Shown here: positions 24,500 to 38,300 of the stretch, piece after piece
How positions within the stretch are numbered: position 1 is the first letter of the stretch
How the letters are laid out: every line of letters begins with the position of its first letter
Assembly (NCBI GenBank): GCA_973851085.1
Contig: OZ316775.1
Location: 14,074,001-14,138,000 of the forward strand
Origin: Ptychomitrium polyphyllum
Lineage: Eukaryota
DNA: 64,000 bases
Direction: 5' to 3'
The notes under the pieces: generated by a model
The model's input: only the letters and a program-made list of their open reading frames with translations
Told to the model about the DNA's origin: nothing
Databases searched by the model: none
Program-made: the position numbers and the translations under genes

Positions 24500-27400
24500 G
24501 AAGCATGAATTATTCCATACATATAATAGATGGAATGAGGAGCACTAGCTTGAATTGCAAAATGTAAGATAATATTAGAAGTCTTGTATAGTTCATCTAT
24601 GTTGTTAATAGGATATTATTGCTCTTCTAACTTCCAAGATGTTTAAATATACCAAGAAAAAGGCCTTATTGGTGTTAATTATATAGCCAGCTTTATTTGC
24701 ATTAGGAAATCCAAAAATATATAATCTATTGCAATTCTTTGTAATTCACTTGGAAGTTGAAAATAAAAACTTCAAGCATGATCAAATGCAACACATTGAA
24801 GACTTATGACATAAGAAAAAAAATACACCACAATTTATATACACTCTTTTGGCATAATTTGCATTAGAATCTCGGGGTGTATTTGCTTTAATTTATCAAT
24901 TTATCAAAATCTTTTTGCTTAAGGTTGACAAGTAACTTTTAGATTTGGCTTTAATAAGGATAATTTTAAATTACAATAACAAAGCAATATTGGCACAATC
25001 ATTTGCCAAAGTTGAAATATGTGATAAGGCTCTTTCCCAACATAATGCCATTGGTATGGTTTTCTACATAAAGATTAATGTTAATGCAAAAAAAAATACT
25101 ACAGCCAAAAGTATGGTAGGTATCCAACATGCAAAGACTCTCCATTATTGGTGGTGTGGTGAAACTAGCCAAATCAAAAATGATTCCAATTCTTCCAAAT
25201 AGAATGAGGCTTTACAAACATAGAAGTTTAAAAAGAAGGCAGAGGTGGCCAAGACAAAAGAAGAAGTCAAAAGGAACAATTGAAGTGTATTTATTGTTGT
25301 AGACTCAAGTATAGTGAAGATTATTGTTTCATTTTTCATCCAAATAAGAGGCTTATTTTAGAAAAGAAAAGAGCATTGGAAACTAAAATTATAAAGCTTG
25401 GGAAGAAATCAAGATTGTGGCTTCATTAGGCCAATTTTCAAAGTCTTTTATAACTTCGGTATTGGAAGAAACACTTCTTTTCCAGATACATGTATGTTTA
25501 ACGCAATAAAAGAGATTATAATTGTTGTTTCTAAACATGTCCAAGTTATAGCTAAGACAATGGCGCCTAACAGAGGTGAATGACAAAAGAGCTTATATAA
25601 CCGCCGCAAACGTATATAAGACCAAATTAATTAAGTTTATTTGTCATTGTCATTTAATCTTACAAATGTTAATTTTGCAACCTGGATATATTCAAACTCT
25701 CTTATATGATGAAAAAGTTTCTTTTAAAGGTATCATACACACTTTGGCTAATAAAAAAATTTAAATGCTTATTTTTGTTAATATTGAAATGATGGCACCA
25801 TATTTTAATCCAACAAAGATTTTTCAACTATCAAGATGGTAGACAACAAGGTATCTATGACATCTCTTGAGGTCACTCTAAGTCTTGCTAAATCTTCCAA
25901 AAATAAGGACTTGGCTAAATTGCAAGTTAAGCTTATAGTTAAAGCCATATTAACCATTAATGAAAGTATTTCAAAACAAATTAGAATAAATCCTACATTG
26001 GATGCACCATTGGCTATATAAATTGCTAACTTATCTAATTTTTTAGCAAAATCCATTTTAAGGGCATCAAAGTTTGTGACCAAAAGTGATGAAACTAATT
26101 AATGACAACAATGTACTTATTATTGGTATTAGGAACACAAGAAGTAAATAGCAGATATAAAGTAGTATCCAAACATTAGCTTCCAAGGGGCTAATGATTA
26201 ATAAGAATTGATACAAAGACTAGAATAAGGGTACAATAAAAATTTGATCCTCAATTTGTGTTAACAAGAGTAGGGTATACCTTATCTTGCCTCCTATTTA
26301 TATTATGATGCTTTAATGAAGAAGCTTCCTATGAAACTTAAAAATGTTCTAAAAGCATGTAAAATTTTCCTAAGAAGTTTTCTAAGAAGTGAAATGACTA
26401 TAGAAGCATTGAAAGGGTTGCAAAAAGCTACTACAATGTACCAAAAGGTTTTAAAGACTATATTACATAATTTATGTCCATAACAATTGGCCACATGAAT
26501 AGCAAAGCATCTATAGTACACCATTGCAAATTAAATTCAACATTGGACTAAAAATGAACTTTTTTTAAGTTCATATGCTTTGGTTTAAGACTTTGGAAAA
26601 CCAAATGCCTTAAAAAGTTTTTTAAGACGTTTCTACATAATATTCTATATTTTGTGGACATTGCAAACTTACAGACAAATCATAATAACAAAGTATATCA
26701 TTTGGCTATAAGTAAAGATGTTGGAGGCATATAAATTTCTTATTGCATAAATTAACAGCTAGATGTTGTGTTACCACTTTGTATTATTCCATTGCTTGGA
26801 TTGAAAACCATAAAACTTGATGAATGGCTATTGAAATTAGAATCACATCTTATAAGTACCAAAGAATACAAGCCTTTATTTACTCGTTGTTATGCTTTTA
26901 GTGTTGATAAATATTGAAAACTATAAAGATAAGCCTATTCACATTTAATTGAAAGAAAACCACCAAATCTTTAGGCAACTGTACAAAATGAATATCTTTT
27001 AAAGAAATGTTGTTCAAACTCATTATTGGAAGTTATTGACTACAAATTTGATTAAACTTTCTAATAACAAGCAGACTTGTATTATAATTATGCTTTATAA
27101 AAATGATGTGTTTGGCAATTAAACAAAGAAGTGGGTGTATAAAGATTATTATGTAGTTAATTATTAGAACAAATTGGACCAATATTTTATGCCCATGCTA
27201 AAAGAACTACTTTATATAATGAAACTTTTTTGAATTTTTAGTATTTTGGACTTATGGTCTAATTATTGCCATTTGCAATTTCTTACAAAAGGCCAAGTGA
27301 AGATGGTATTTTGGAAAGTTGATCAAAATGGCAATATCAATTCTATTACTAGAAGATTCTTCAATTTGGCCTAAAAAATGCACCAATTAAGTTTTTAAGA

Positions 27401-29350
27401 AAGACGGACTAAATTTTACTTAGCTCACCATTTGCTAGATGTTGCATTTGTGATATTATCATCTCTAAAAGCAATCTACAAAAGCACGTGTAGCATTTAC
27501 AAACCATGTTTAAGCAATTACAAGATTGGAAATTGCACTTATATCCTAGCAAGTACAAGAAATTTTACAATTGGCAACTATATTTGAGCCACATGATTGT
27601 TTCAAGAGGTCTTGGCATGCAACAAGATAAAGTAGATGTTTTGCAATGAATTACAATTTTTAGTAGTTTCTTATAATTTTATTATTTTTTTTTCAATTGA
27701 AAATTTATATTTATCAATTCCTTAAAATCTTTAGCTTCTTTGCCATGACTTTTATTATTCTCAAGAAAAAAGCAGCCATGAATTTGATGCATGAACAGCA
27801 GTAAGAATTTGACACATTGGAGCAAAGGCTAGATTCAATTCTAGTGCTTGAAATCCTTCATGTTGCACACAAATTGGAGTGCTATAAGATTGAAAGTAAT
27901 TTTGATGCAAGAAGTTGATGAGAAGAAAGAACATGTCATTGCATATGCTGCTAGAAGTAGTAATATGCAAAGTTCAATTATTCATCTTTTAAGGGATAAT
28001 CTTTGACAATAATTTAGACAATTGCTAATTACTAATCTTATTTGTATAATGAATACATATCAAATTAAGACTTTGATTAAGAACTTGATAGAATTCAAAT
28101 AATTATTGATGTACGAGAGCATTATAGTCTTGCACAAATTTCATCAAGGAAACATTTCTTTTAGTAATTCTTAATTTAAAATAAGTTAAAGTTAACCAAT
28201 GGATGGCAATATATTTTGTTGAAAAGATGGTTTAATATTTTATGTGTTGTTAAATGGAGCTAAGCACATAGCTCTTAGACTAGATCAAAAAGCCTCTTTA
28301 ATACGCATGTATAGAAGGACTTTACACATTTTGAAGTGAATAAGGCATATTCTACGTTGTACAATCAATATTAGTAGACTGACATGTCTTGGCAAGTTTC
28401 CATTTGTACTTTTTAAAATGAGATGCATGACCAAATTATTCCAAGTTTTAACACCTTACTTTCTTAATTGAGGCCTTTGTCCATCATATATTTGAACTAC
28501 CATTGGTCTTTAGATTTTGTCAAGCTACTTGTTGTTATTCACAAGAATCTAAATTCATATTGGTAATGGTAGAGGATTTTATCAAATGAATTGAGTTTTG
28601 TGGCTTTGTCACAAAATTCTTCAATGTTGGTGGCTATGGCTTATTTAATGATATTTTTTTCATATTTTTGGAGCACTTACTAAAGTATTGATGGATCAAA
28701 GAAAGAATTTTTATGTTGTTTTTGAGGATTTTTCAACAATGAAGCATGGTTTGCCGAAATATGGATTACTTTATGGAAACTATTGTAATAAAAACTTGAT
28801 ATTGCCATAGATTTTTATAAACTAGTGTTTAAAACATGCATCTTTGGCATTGTATAGCCTTTAGCATTTTTTGTATAGACAAAAGCATATTTATCATAGC
28901 TAAATATGTAAGAAATTGGCTTATTTGTAGACTTAGATGATCCTAACATTTGAACTTAATGTCTTGATAAATCAAGCAAAGACTTTTTAAGGAATTTTTA
29001 TAAGTCCTTTATTGTTGAAGGAATTGCTTCAAAGGTTTAATTTTTGATTAGCATCATAATAAAGCCTAGAAAAATGGTGATATTGTAAAGTACTATATGG
29101 ATATTTTGTCCCTCTTCATGAACTTACAAAATCCTCACTTATAATCACAGTGGTTTTATAGTCCAAAATAGATACTAAAAATGTTATTTAAAAAATTCTT
29201 CTTTAGAATAAATTTCTTCTTGAAAAAGGTTATTCAAATGTTAAGTTTAAGAGATATTTGTTTTATATATAATAACTTCTCAATTCAAGGTTTTACTAAG
29301 TTTACAGCAAAATATAGAAATAATGAAATTGGATGGAAGTGGAATTAGGA
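24500..29350 (+). mobile_element. Heavily decayed Ty3/Gypsy LTR retrotransposon internal region; boundaries approximate
   Basis: Zn-knuckle relic WCGETSQIKND (~25150); RT DQYFMP (27177) and QFGLKNAP (27362); RNase H EHVIAYAARS (~27930); integrase WSLDF (~28505), LVMVEDFIK*IE, FGALTKVLMDQRKEF (~28670). Order is RT-RH-INT; many stops; LTRs not recognised. Confidence 0.85.
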
Positions 29351-32300
29351 TGTTGAATTATAAACTTGGTTTAAAAATGGTGGAGAGCAATTCCGTTTGT
29401 TTTTTATTTGGTCTATATTTATACCTATTCATATTTACACCTACAATTGTGTTTATGTCTCTCTCTTTCTCTTTCTTCATTTGATATTGGAACAACATCT
29501 AATTACCATGAATTATGTAGTCTAAAATATAGGAAAATTTTGCCACATAAATTCATCATGGTTTAAATTCAACTATATATTTCATGAACCATTCAACTGC
29601 CAATCTAATTGTTTTTGGCTATTGTGGCTCATTTATTTTCAAGAAACTTGCTATATTACTTCAAAAACATGGTAATCATTTTTGATAAATTTAACTCCTT
29701 TTATGTTTATTTCATCCCAAAGATTATTTTGAAATTTTAGAATTTCCTATTATAATGAATATGATGTTGAAAATGCTCCTGATTCTCGGAGTACTTGTAG
29801 TTGCTCCTCTAGAACATCTTCACACTGAGCTTTACCGTTTCCTGGCTTTGGAAGCCCCAAAACTGGGTCTCTTCACTGCAAGATTTCCACATAGAATATA
29901 GGTGGATGATAAGTGCTGGCATTGCTGAATTAATTTGCAAGTTTGAATCAAACTTTTGGAAGGAGATCATGATTTGGTACACTGGTATTTGCTTGTTGAT
30001 GTTTACAGAAGTCTGGCATGTTTGAAATCATCTCAATGTGAAGTTCAAGTTGGAGATTGAAAACACAGTTTAAGCTGATTGTCTGCATCAACAGGGGTAA
30101 CAAGTAAATGGGGGGTACAGTTACCTTAGTTGCTCTTGGCATTGCAAATGGACTGATTCCTTGTTCATGTTGACGTGATCATATCAAGAGCATGACTTGG
30201 AGTAGGTCTTTTTTAGTCCTGGTTGTTTAGTCTGTAAACGTAACCAGTCAGTGCTCGTAATTCTGTAATTAGTGCAGGATCTTTTTGTAATTTATGTTTG
30301 CTGAATGGATGACAACACCTTTCAACTACCTCCTAAAAGGTAGAAATACCTTAAGCCCATAGTGCTCCCTCAACTGATCTGTAGAGTTGTCCAACTTGTC
30401 CAACTTGTCCAACACAGGCATATGCATGACCCTAAAAAGTATTCTTGCAACTTAATGGCAACCAATAGCCTTCTTGTATTTGGTTTTGAAATGTTTTGAT
30501 CATATATCCAATATTTTTAAGCAACCTAATAATGACTAGAGGGCTTGACATAAGTTCTCCAGAAGTAAATTTCATTATTGGGAAAATAAATATGAAAATT
30601 TGTGTTTTCTATACTTTTTCTTACTTGTGCTACCATTGCCTTAGACTATAAAGTTTCAAGAAGTTGTTTTACAGTATTTTTACTTCAGTACAATGTGCTT
30701 CGGAGATGAATTGCTGCATCATTGTATAATTTAAGGTTGGACCTTTGCAATCCACTCGGTCTCCATTCCCATTCAATCTATACACCACAAAAACATTCCA
30801 CTTCTTGTATGTAAACCTCTCCACATGAGTCGCAGCAATCTACTATTCTTTAATCTGACCCAAACTGGGCTCTTCCCAGGGATTTTGAGTATTCTCATTG
30901 CATTGGAATTTTCCCTGACATGCACCATGATAGTACCTGAATATGTACAAGTGCATACACCGGATCTCAGCATTGAAGTTCCTTGAACATAACGATAATA
31001 GAATAGGGGTTTGGTTGGACCCATGTTGCAATGGAAATTGATAGTTTTTATTTGTGCAGAAGTCAATGTACAAGAATCAAAATAGGATTGTGGTACTTCA
31101 TACATTATTACTACAGTAAAAGAGAAATATTTGTAGATGACTTCATAGCATGATTGGATGTAAGTTAAGTTTTATGTTTTCACTATTGATGAGGTATAAC
31201 AGTGAGGAAGGGCAACATCGGGTGTCAGCTGCTCTTTAGGAACTTACAGAATAGACACTGCCTGTCAGAAGCTTTGATATGATGTTTTGATTACACACGA
31301 AAAGGGTTGGAGACCATTGGTGGCCACAACTTATGTTCTGAGAAGCCACAAACAATCCCATATCTGGTGATCTGATAAGAAGTCTCTAAGAGGCTCCTGT
31401 GCATGAACCAAGATATGCACTGATTGTGACTATATAAGAGCAGCACGTTTGTTCTAACCCCCAAATAACAGTGACCATTTTATAGTTGGCTACCCATATT
31501 TATGGTCTGTGCGCGGGTTTAAATGTATTTTTGGAAAGCCAAATGATACATTCTGATTAAAAATCAATTTCATTTGTCAATCCAATTTAAATCATGTTGA
31601 CCCAAGTTAAAACTCTACCTAAAGGAAGTTTTCAACATAAAATACATCAACATTATCATGGTGTTATGAAACTTACTTTTTCAGGAAAGTAATCATGTCT
31701 TTATCATTCACAATTTCTGGTATATTTATAGAGAAATTTATATTTAGGAAACTACTAAAGTTAAATACTGTAACTTTGGTGGATATCTGATATCACTTTT
31801 TAAAAATCTGACCATACACGTTAATCCTACCTATCATTTCTTTAATTTAAATTATCAAACTCCATCAAAGGCGAGAGAGTGACATATGATAACTCACCTT
31901 AGTTTTGGCCCATTCTCCGCAGGCCCATTCTCCTCTGGCACTCAGGGGTTAAATGAAATGAAGAAAAGGACAGTGATGAGGTCAAACAAACTGGCAAGAG
32001 CCAGAAACTCTGAATGATGGGATACATTGTTTTTGCTTCCGTTCTCCACATCTTTCCAAGCATACATTGTTCTTGCTTGCTTTCTCCACATCTTTCCAAG
32101 CATACATATTTCATGAATGAGGGAAAAGATTAGAAGCCACTTTGCGAACAATAGAGCCACAGACTTTACATGCACAGTGAACACTACTCCCTCTCAGACA
32201 AATGCAGCTTTGAAGTATGCTGAGTTTGAAAACAGGATAATGATGTCAAGTGAGAGCCTTGAGTGCGGTTTTATTACTTCAGTGGAAATTAGTTCAAATG

Positions 32301-35300
32301 TTGTGATTGTGCGGGTCAGCAGAGACACAATCTGATGGATTACAGACCTTGGGGTGATTGTCCTCACATGGAGGTCTGGTAGAAGGGCAGCTTGATTTGG
32401 GGCTGATCAGACAGGGGATAAATGAATACTAGGTGCTCTGCAATTGGGGGTAGCTGCAGTGGATGAAACTCGTTCATGTGAGTCTTCTCAGCCTTGATGG
32501 TTTTCTTATGTGTGAGAGCCTGCACCAGAAAATTCAATTGTGCTGACTACTAACTGAGTCCAAAAGTTGTGGAAAAGGTTAGTGAACAAATTACTTCAAA
32601 GTTTAAACACAGACTCTATACATGCATGTAACCCTCTCCTGTGGCAGTCTTCCTTGAATCCCTCTAGTTGGAACATTCTGGAATTTCGGTTTTGAAGATA
32701 TGCTTGTTGTAATCCCCACAGTCATGAAACTGTTAAATAAAAACAAAGGTGTGTACTACAGAGCTTGGAACTGAGTCATGTGCCACCAAAAAAATTTGTA
32801 AAACATCGTTCAAAAGCCATCAAAATGACACACTTCAAAGGATCTCAAAATCAGATCCTTGGACTGGACACTCCGGGTAGATTTAATATTCATATCAGCG
32901 GGCTATTTGTGTAAAATTGGAACTTGAATGATATATTTTCTTATTAAAGATAATCACAAGAAACTATTCACAACTTTTGTGTGGTATTCTGTGTGATGCA
33001 TCTGAAATGTGAAACTATATATTTGATAGCTTTTTTCCAAAAATTTTCAATTGTATAAACCATGAGCTCAAAAAGTTTCAGACTGATATTTTGAACATTT
33101 TGGCTTAACATACTTTTCTTCCTTGCTTATGTAAAATCAAAACAAAGTCCTATTGAAAATCCCAATTCTTGATTTCATGGCTTAAAATTTCATTAACCTT
33201 TATAAAAATGGATGCACATAATATCTCTTCTAGCCCTAAAGATAATGGACAATGAAAGTTTTCATCATTGCTTATTAGTTGCTACTTCTTTTGGAAAATA
33301 AATTTTCACATATTATAATATTCTTTGATCGCAGGACCTTGAACCATTGCTATGTTAATGTATTTGGACAAATACTATATTAACTTGAATACAATGTTCA
33401 ACAGAGTTTAGTAGAAAGAGAAGAATTATAATATATAAAGAGTCTATTCATGCAACATCGAATGGCCTATATCTACAAAAAAAAAATAGGCCATAAATTC
33501 TAGTTTAGCACATGGAAAATAAGTGCAAAATTTATTTTAGTAGCATTCATTATGGTCCACATCACACAATTGATTCAAAACAAAACATATTTACAATATT
33601 ATGATAGAATAGATTAATTCAAAGGGAAGTTCAAAAGTAGAAAGAATGTGCAAATTTATATTAAACTCAAAATCCATCTAAAAGATGGAAAAATAAATGG
33701 AAGTTCAAAAAGTGTTATTTAAAAAAAATTAGCTTGAATACTAGAAGATTGATATAGCCCATTTTTATGTTCATTGTTCTTCAATGAAATACTTGCATTG
33801 ATACAATTTTGAGATTTTAGAATCCATTAGAAATTTCTAATTATTTATTAAAGTTTAAATTTCCTTTCTTGATATACATAGAGTGTAAAAATTATTTCAA
33901 TTTTTAAATTTGAATTTTATAAAAAATTCATCAAGAAAGCAATGTCTTCATGTATTTTATTAAAATTTAAACTTCTAGTTTGCCTATATAATTCTAATTC
34001 ATAAAAATTTATTATTGATTTTATACAAAAGATATGAAACCTTAATTATAAAAAATTACAAATTCGTATTAGACTTATGTGCAATAATTTTCAAATTATT
34101 CAAAGATTTTGTATAATTTTTATGAATTGTTAAGAATGTATCAATTTGTTTGTTTATTAAATTTGATTACATGGATGATTACAATTGAAAAAAAGACAAA
34201 ATACTTGTATATCCTATATAAAAGATTTACAAAATTTAACATTTTTTAAAAGGAGATTTTTACACTATAGGTTGTTTAATGTTCTTCACCACAATAAAAA
34301 AAAATACCAAATTATAGGCTTATGTACCAAATTTGACACATAGGAAATGGATGTTGCATTAAAAAAAAATCTTGCGCTGGAAGGAGGTCCAAAACCCTGC
34401 CAATGCATATTTTGTTCTTTTTTCTTATTAAATTTATTAGTCAATATCAATTCAAATAATTAACAAAAAAAAGTAATATTTCTTTTTGTAAGAGGAAATT
34501 AAAGAGAATAAATAAAATAATATTTTTTATTTCTTCATTCAAAATTTGGAAAAGGTGTTCTATTGTTTTGCCCCTTGTATGGCAATGTTGATGTACTTTG
34601 GCTTCTCTTGGATTGAAAACGCTGCTTAAAGTTCTATTTTTTACAATTTCATTTAATTTTTTTTGTAATTAGCAATTTTGTAAAACTTTTTTACAATATT
34701 GTCTATTCATGAACTACAATCATTTGTGTACGCCACTGTACAAATCACATGAAAGATATGGCAGAAATGTATAAAAGAGTGGTTCCTTGTGTTGATTTGA
34801 TGTGAATAGGATTAGAAGGGTCATTCACTCTCATTCAGTGGTAGTTTCCAATTTTCCAGCTTTTGGATTGGTTGGTGACAGTGGTCGCTCTCAAAAATTG
34901 GTCCCTTTCTGAAAGGAAGTGAGTTCAATCGTTTGCACAAGAAGTACAAGAACCTCAAAGGGACTGTCAGGAATAAATGCATCTTTTCCTGCAACACCGT
35001 ATTTCTATGCCTACAGAACATAAGATAGGAATGTAAGCAAGGAGTGGTAGAGTGTGATAGGAGATAAATCTTTAGTTTTTGCACAAAAGAAAGAATGCAT
35101 GCTACTTGATACTATGATGCGAAAGGATGTACTGCATGATCAATGACAGACTTCACCAACTATAATTACAGCAACCACATTACGTAGTGGTATTTATTCC
35201 TGCATAAAGGCAACTACATATTTTCTTTTCCATACAGATCTTCTCTTCTAATGGATCACCATTATCTGTGGATCCAAATATAATGTCCTCGAAAAAGTAC

Positions 35301-38300
35301 ACTTACAGGTATTCTAAGCAACTCTGCATGATTACTGTTGCTAGAAAATCATTTCTTGCCAACAGGTCATGTTCGCAACTGAGAGAGGGTTCCAACACAT
35401 TTCAGCATATGATTCTTGAACACTAAATGAACAAGTTATGAATTTTCAAAGTACTAAGTATGAGATGCATTAAAAGGTGACACTAAAGTTGATGTTCACA
35501 TGGTATACATTCTCATGACCACCACATACTTATCTTATTGTCATATTATCAACACCTACATGTTATTAAGGGAGTACTTGCCTTACATTTTTGTAAGAGC
35601 TGCAAGAATGTATACTCTGTGCAGACTCACCATATGTGCACAGGTGAATTTTTGATTAGAGAATTATGTACATTCTTGATGTGATAATCTCATGTGCAAT
35701 GTATCACTGGGAAGGCAAATGGATGTGCTTCAGAGTATACACCAATCTCCTGATTTACTGAAATTTTCTGTGGAATTTGTTGACTGCTGAAAACATGAAC
35801 TACCCTCAAATAAGACACTCTCAACTTGTCACAAACGGCTCTTAGCATACGGTCTGAATACGACATAGACCCAGGTGTCCCATAATTCAAATCTCTATAA
35901 AGAAAATAAGATGAAAATTAAGAGCTACATCAGAGCTGAGTGTGTTTTCAATCTTCTAAATAAGCTATTTAGGTTGCTTTTCCTCAACATGTTTACAATT
36001 ATATTTCATATCTATTTATTATTGGATGTTTGGAATCTATAAATTTGGAATCATTTCAAGGTTTGATATTTGAAAAATGAATTCATTTGAAGATGTTTTA
36101 GTTAGAAAAAAACCACTACATAAAAAGAATTCAAAAAAATGATGAGAGATTATGAACAACCATTAACAAATGCAATGAGTCTTGTTTGGTGATTTGATGC
36201 ACAAATTTTTTCAATTTAAGTAAAATACATTTTGAAAGAACAAACTTAGACTTTTGGAAGATGGAATGATTTTTTTGGACAAAGGCGTTAATAAAGTTAT
36301 AAAAAATATTATAAAGTTGGATCAAGGGTTGAAATTCATTTTAAAAAGAAATTGTCAATTTTTTTTCAAAGTCATTTGTTAAATAAATGATAGATTTTTT
36401 TCCTTCTTAAGTATAGATTAAGAAACTAAATGAGTTTATAACCAATCTTGATGCTTTTAAATAATCTCTAAGTCTTTTTTTTAATTATTTTAATTATTAA
36501 AATTAGTCTGTGCTTCCAATGTTTTATGGAATTTTTTAAAGATAATTCAAATTTGTCAAAATTCCAAAAGTACATTCAATCCTAAAATTTGTTCAATTAA
36601 CAATTGAAGGAATGCATAAGGAATATAATAAATAAATTAATAATGTCTAATTTAAATACAAAACAAAAGAAAAATAGCAAAACATATGGAAGGCCATTTT
36701 GATGATAATTGCAAATATTGAAACCTTTGTACTTATTTGATACTATTCATATCATATCAAATCAAGCTTGATTGAATAAAGAAGCTTTATTTACATATCA
36801 TTGAAGTTATGTACTTCGTACTTTAATTCTGCTTATTATCTATACAATATTGTGGTATGCACGTGGATGTGTTTGTATATATAGCGTGAGCTTTGTGATA
36901 GATACTTTCTGTTAACTGGAGGCCTTCTCAACTCCACGTGTAAAAAGCCTTTGTACATGAGCGTAAACTGCATGTCTGAGAGAATTGTACGCAGAAACTG
37001 CTTCAAAAGTGAGCTAATAATCCGGACCAACTTTGTAAGAGGTGGAAAAAAGAGCTCGCAGCCATGCATTCAACAGATGCGTTGCATGTCTGCTGCATCC
37101 CAGGGCAACATACTTCCCTGTAGCTCTCTTCTCACTGCATTTGCATCTCCATTGTGAATCCTGCAACACTGACGAAGTTGGCCAGTTTCGAACCATGTTA
37201 CCGACAATGCATCTCCTGTCTGAGTCCACTCTAAGTCCTCTCTGAGACCTCTCTGCCTCTATGCATGCCGGTGGTTCCGTCTGGTGGTGACCACGGGAGT
37301 GCGGTGCAGTCTCCTGCACTACGACCCCATGCCCCCTGCAACTACGAGTTCATCATGTAAGAGAGCTGGGAATCTTGTGGTTGCAAACTGGAGCAAGCTG
37401 ATTCAATTCAGGCTGAGTGTCAGTCCCCAAGTCATGCAGGTCCTGTCGGAATTTGTGATGGAATTCGCGCGAGGGTGTCTAGGTTCATCGAGGTTAACTT
37501 ATCATGATGATTCTGGCACACAGTCACGCAGTGAGCCGATGGTTCTTACTCCTGACTGAACGCAGTCAGATAGTGTTCGTCCAACTGCATTAAACTTTGT
37601 CAGTTGAGGGCCCCGTGGGAGTCATCAATCTGTATTAAGGTGGAGCCACCCAAAACCAACAGGAACTCAAATCCACGACCTGGTTACACGGTTACACGTA
37701 TGGTATTTGTTTAATTGTATTGAAGCCTGAAGTAAGTGTGATTCTCTTCTGGCGGAATGAACGTGCGCACATTGGAGTGTTGAGTATAGGTGAGGAATTG
37801 ACAATGAAATATAGTCTTAGTTCTAGAAAAGTCCTAAGCAACTAAGGGGGTTCACAGTTAGTTATGTAACCTGTAACCCCTGCCTAATTTTGGGGGATGT
37901 ACTCTGACAAATACAGGAGTACGTGCAGAACTTGGGTGGGGATGATGGCAAACTGAATCAGATTGGAGCAGAATAATTTTCACACCTGGACTTAGTTAAG
38001 AGAAGTGGTACCTAGTAGAGGTAGTATTGGGTTCCGGCACTGGGATATGATGGAGAATAGTACCATTGAAGGAAGTGGGTGGAAGGTACACCAACGTTGA
38101 GTGCAGCTCCTTCACATTAAACTCTTGTCCATAGTGATTGTCATCACCTCCGGAGGTTATGCTGCTTCGGTTATTAAATTCCATCTGGAGATCACTGGTT
38201 CATGCGTCTGCGCATACAGGCGAGCGAATGTGAATCGCCGCTGGCTGCTAATTCAAGTCGCTCCACATGACCACAATCTCGCCCTGACACCCCAACCCCA

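Noticed and set aside
30386..32105. Short repeats: (TTGTCCAAC)x3 at ~30386 and a 25-bp direct repeat at ~32042/32081; similar ones at ~47670 and ~57666
   Set aside because: Local slippage duplications with 2-3 units; no CRISPR-like spacer structure.
37057..37093. Small GCAG-CATGCA hairpin as a miRNA precursor
   Set aside because: Stem too short, and no known moss miRNA sequence recognised.
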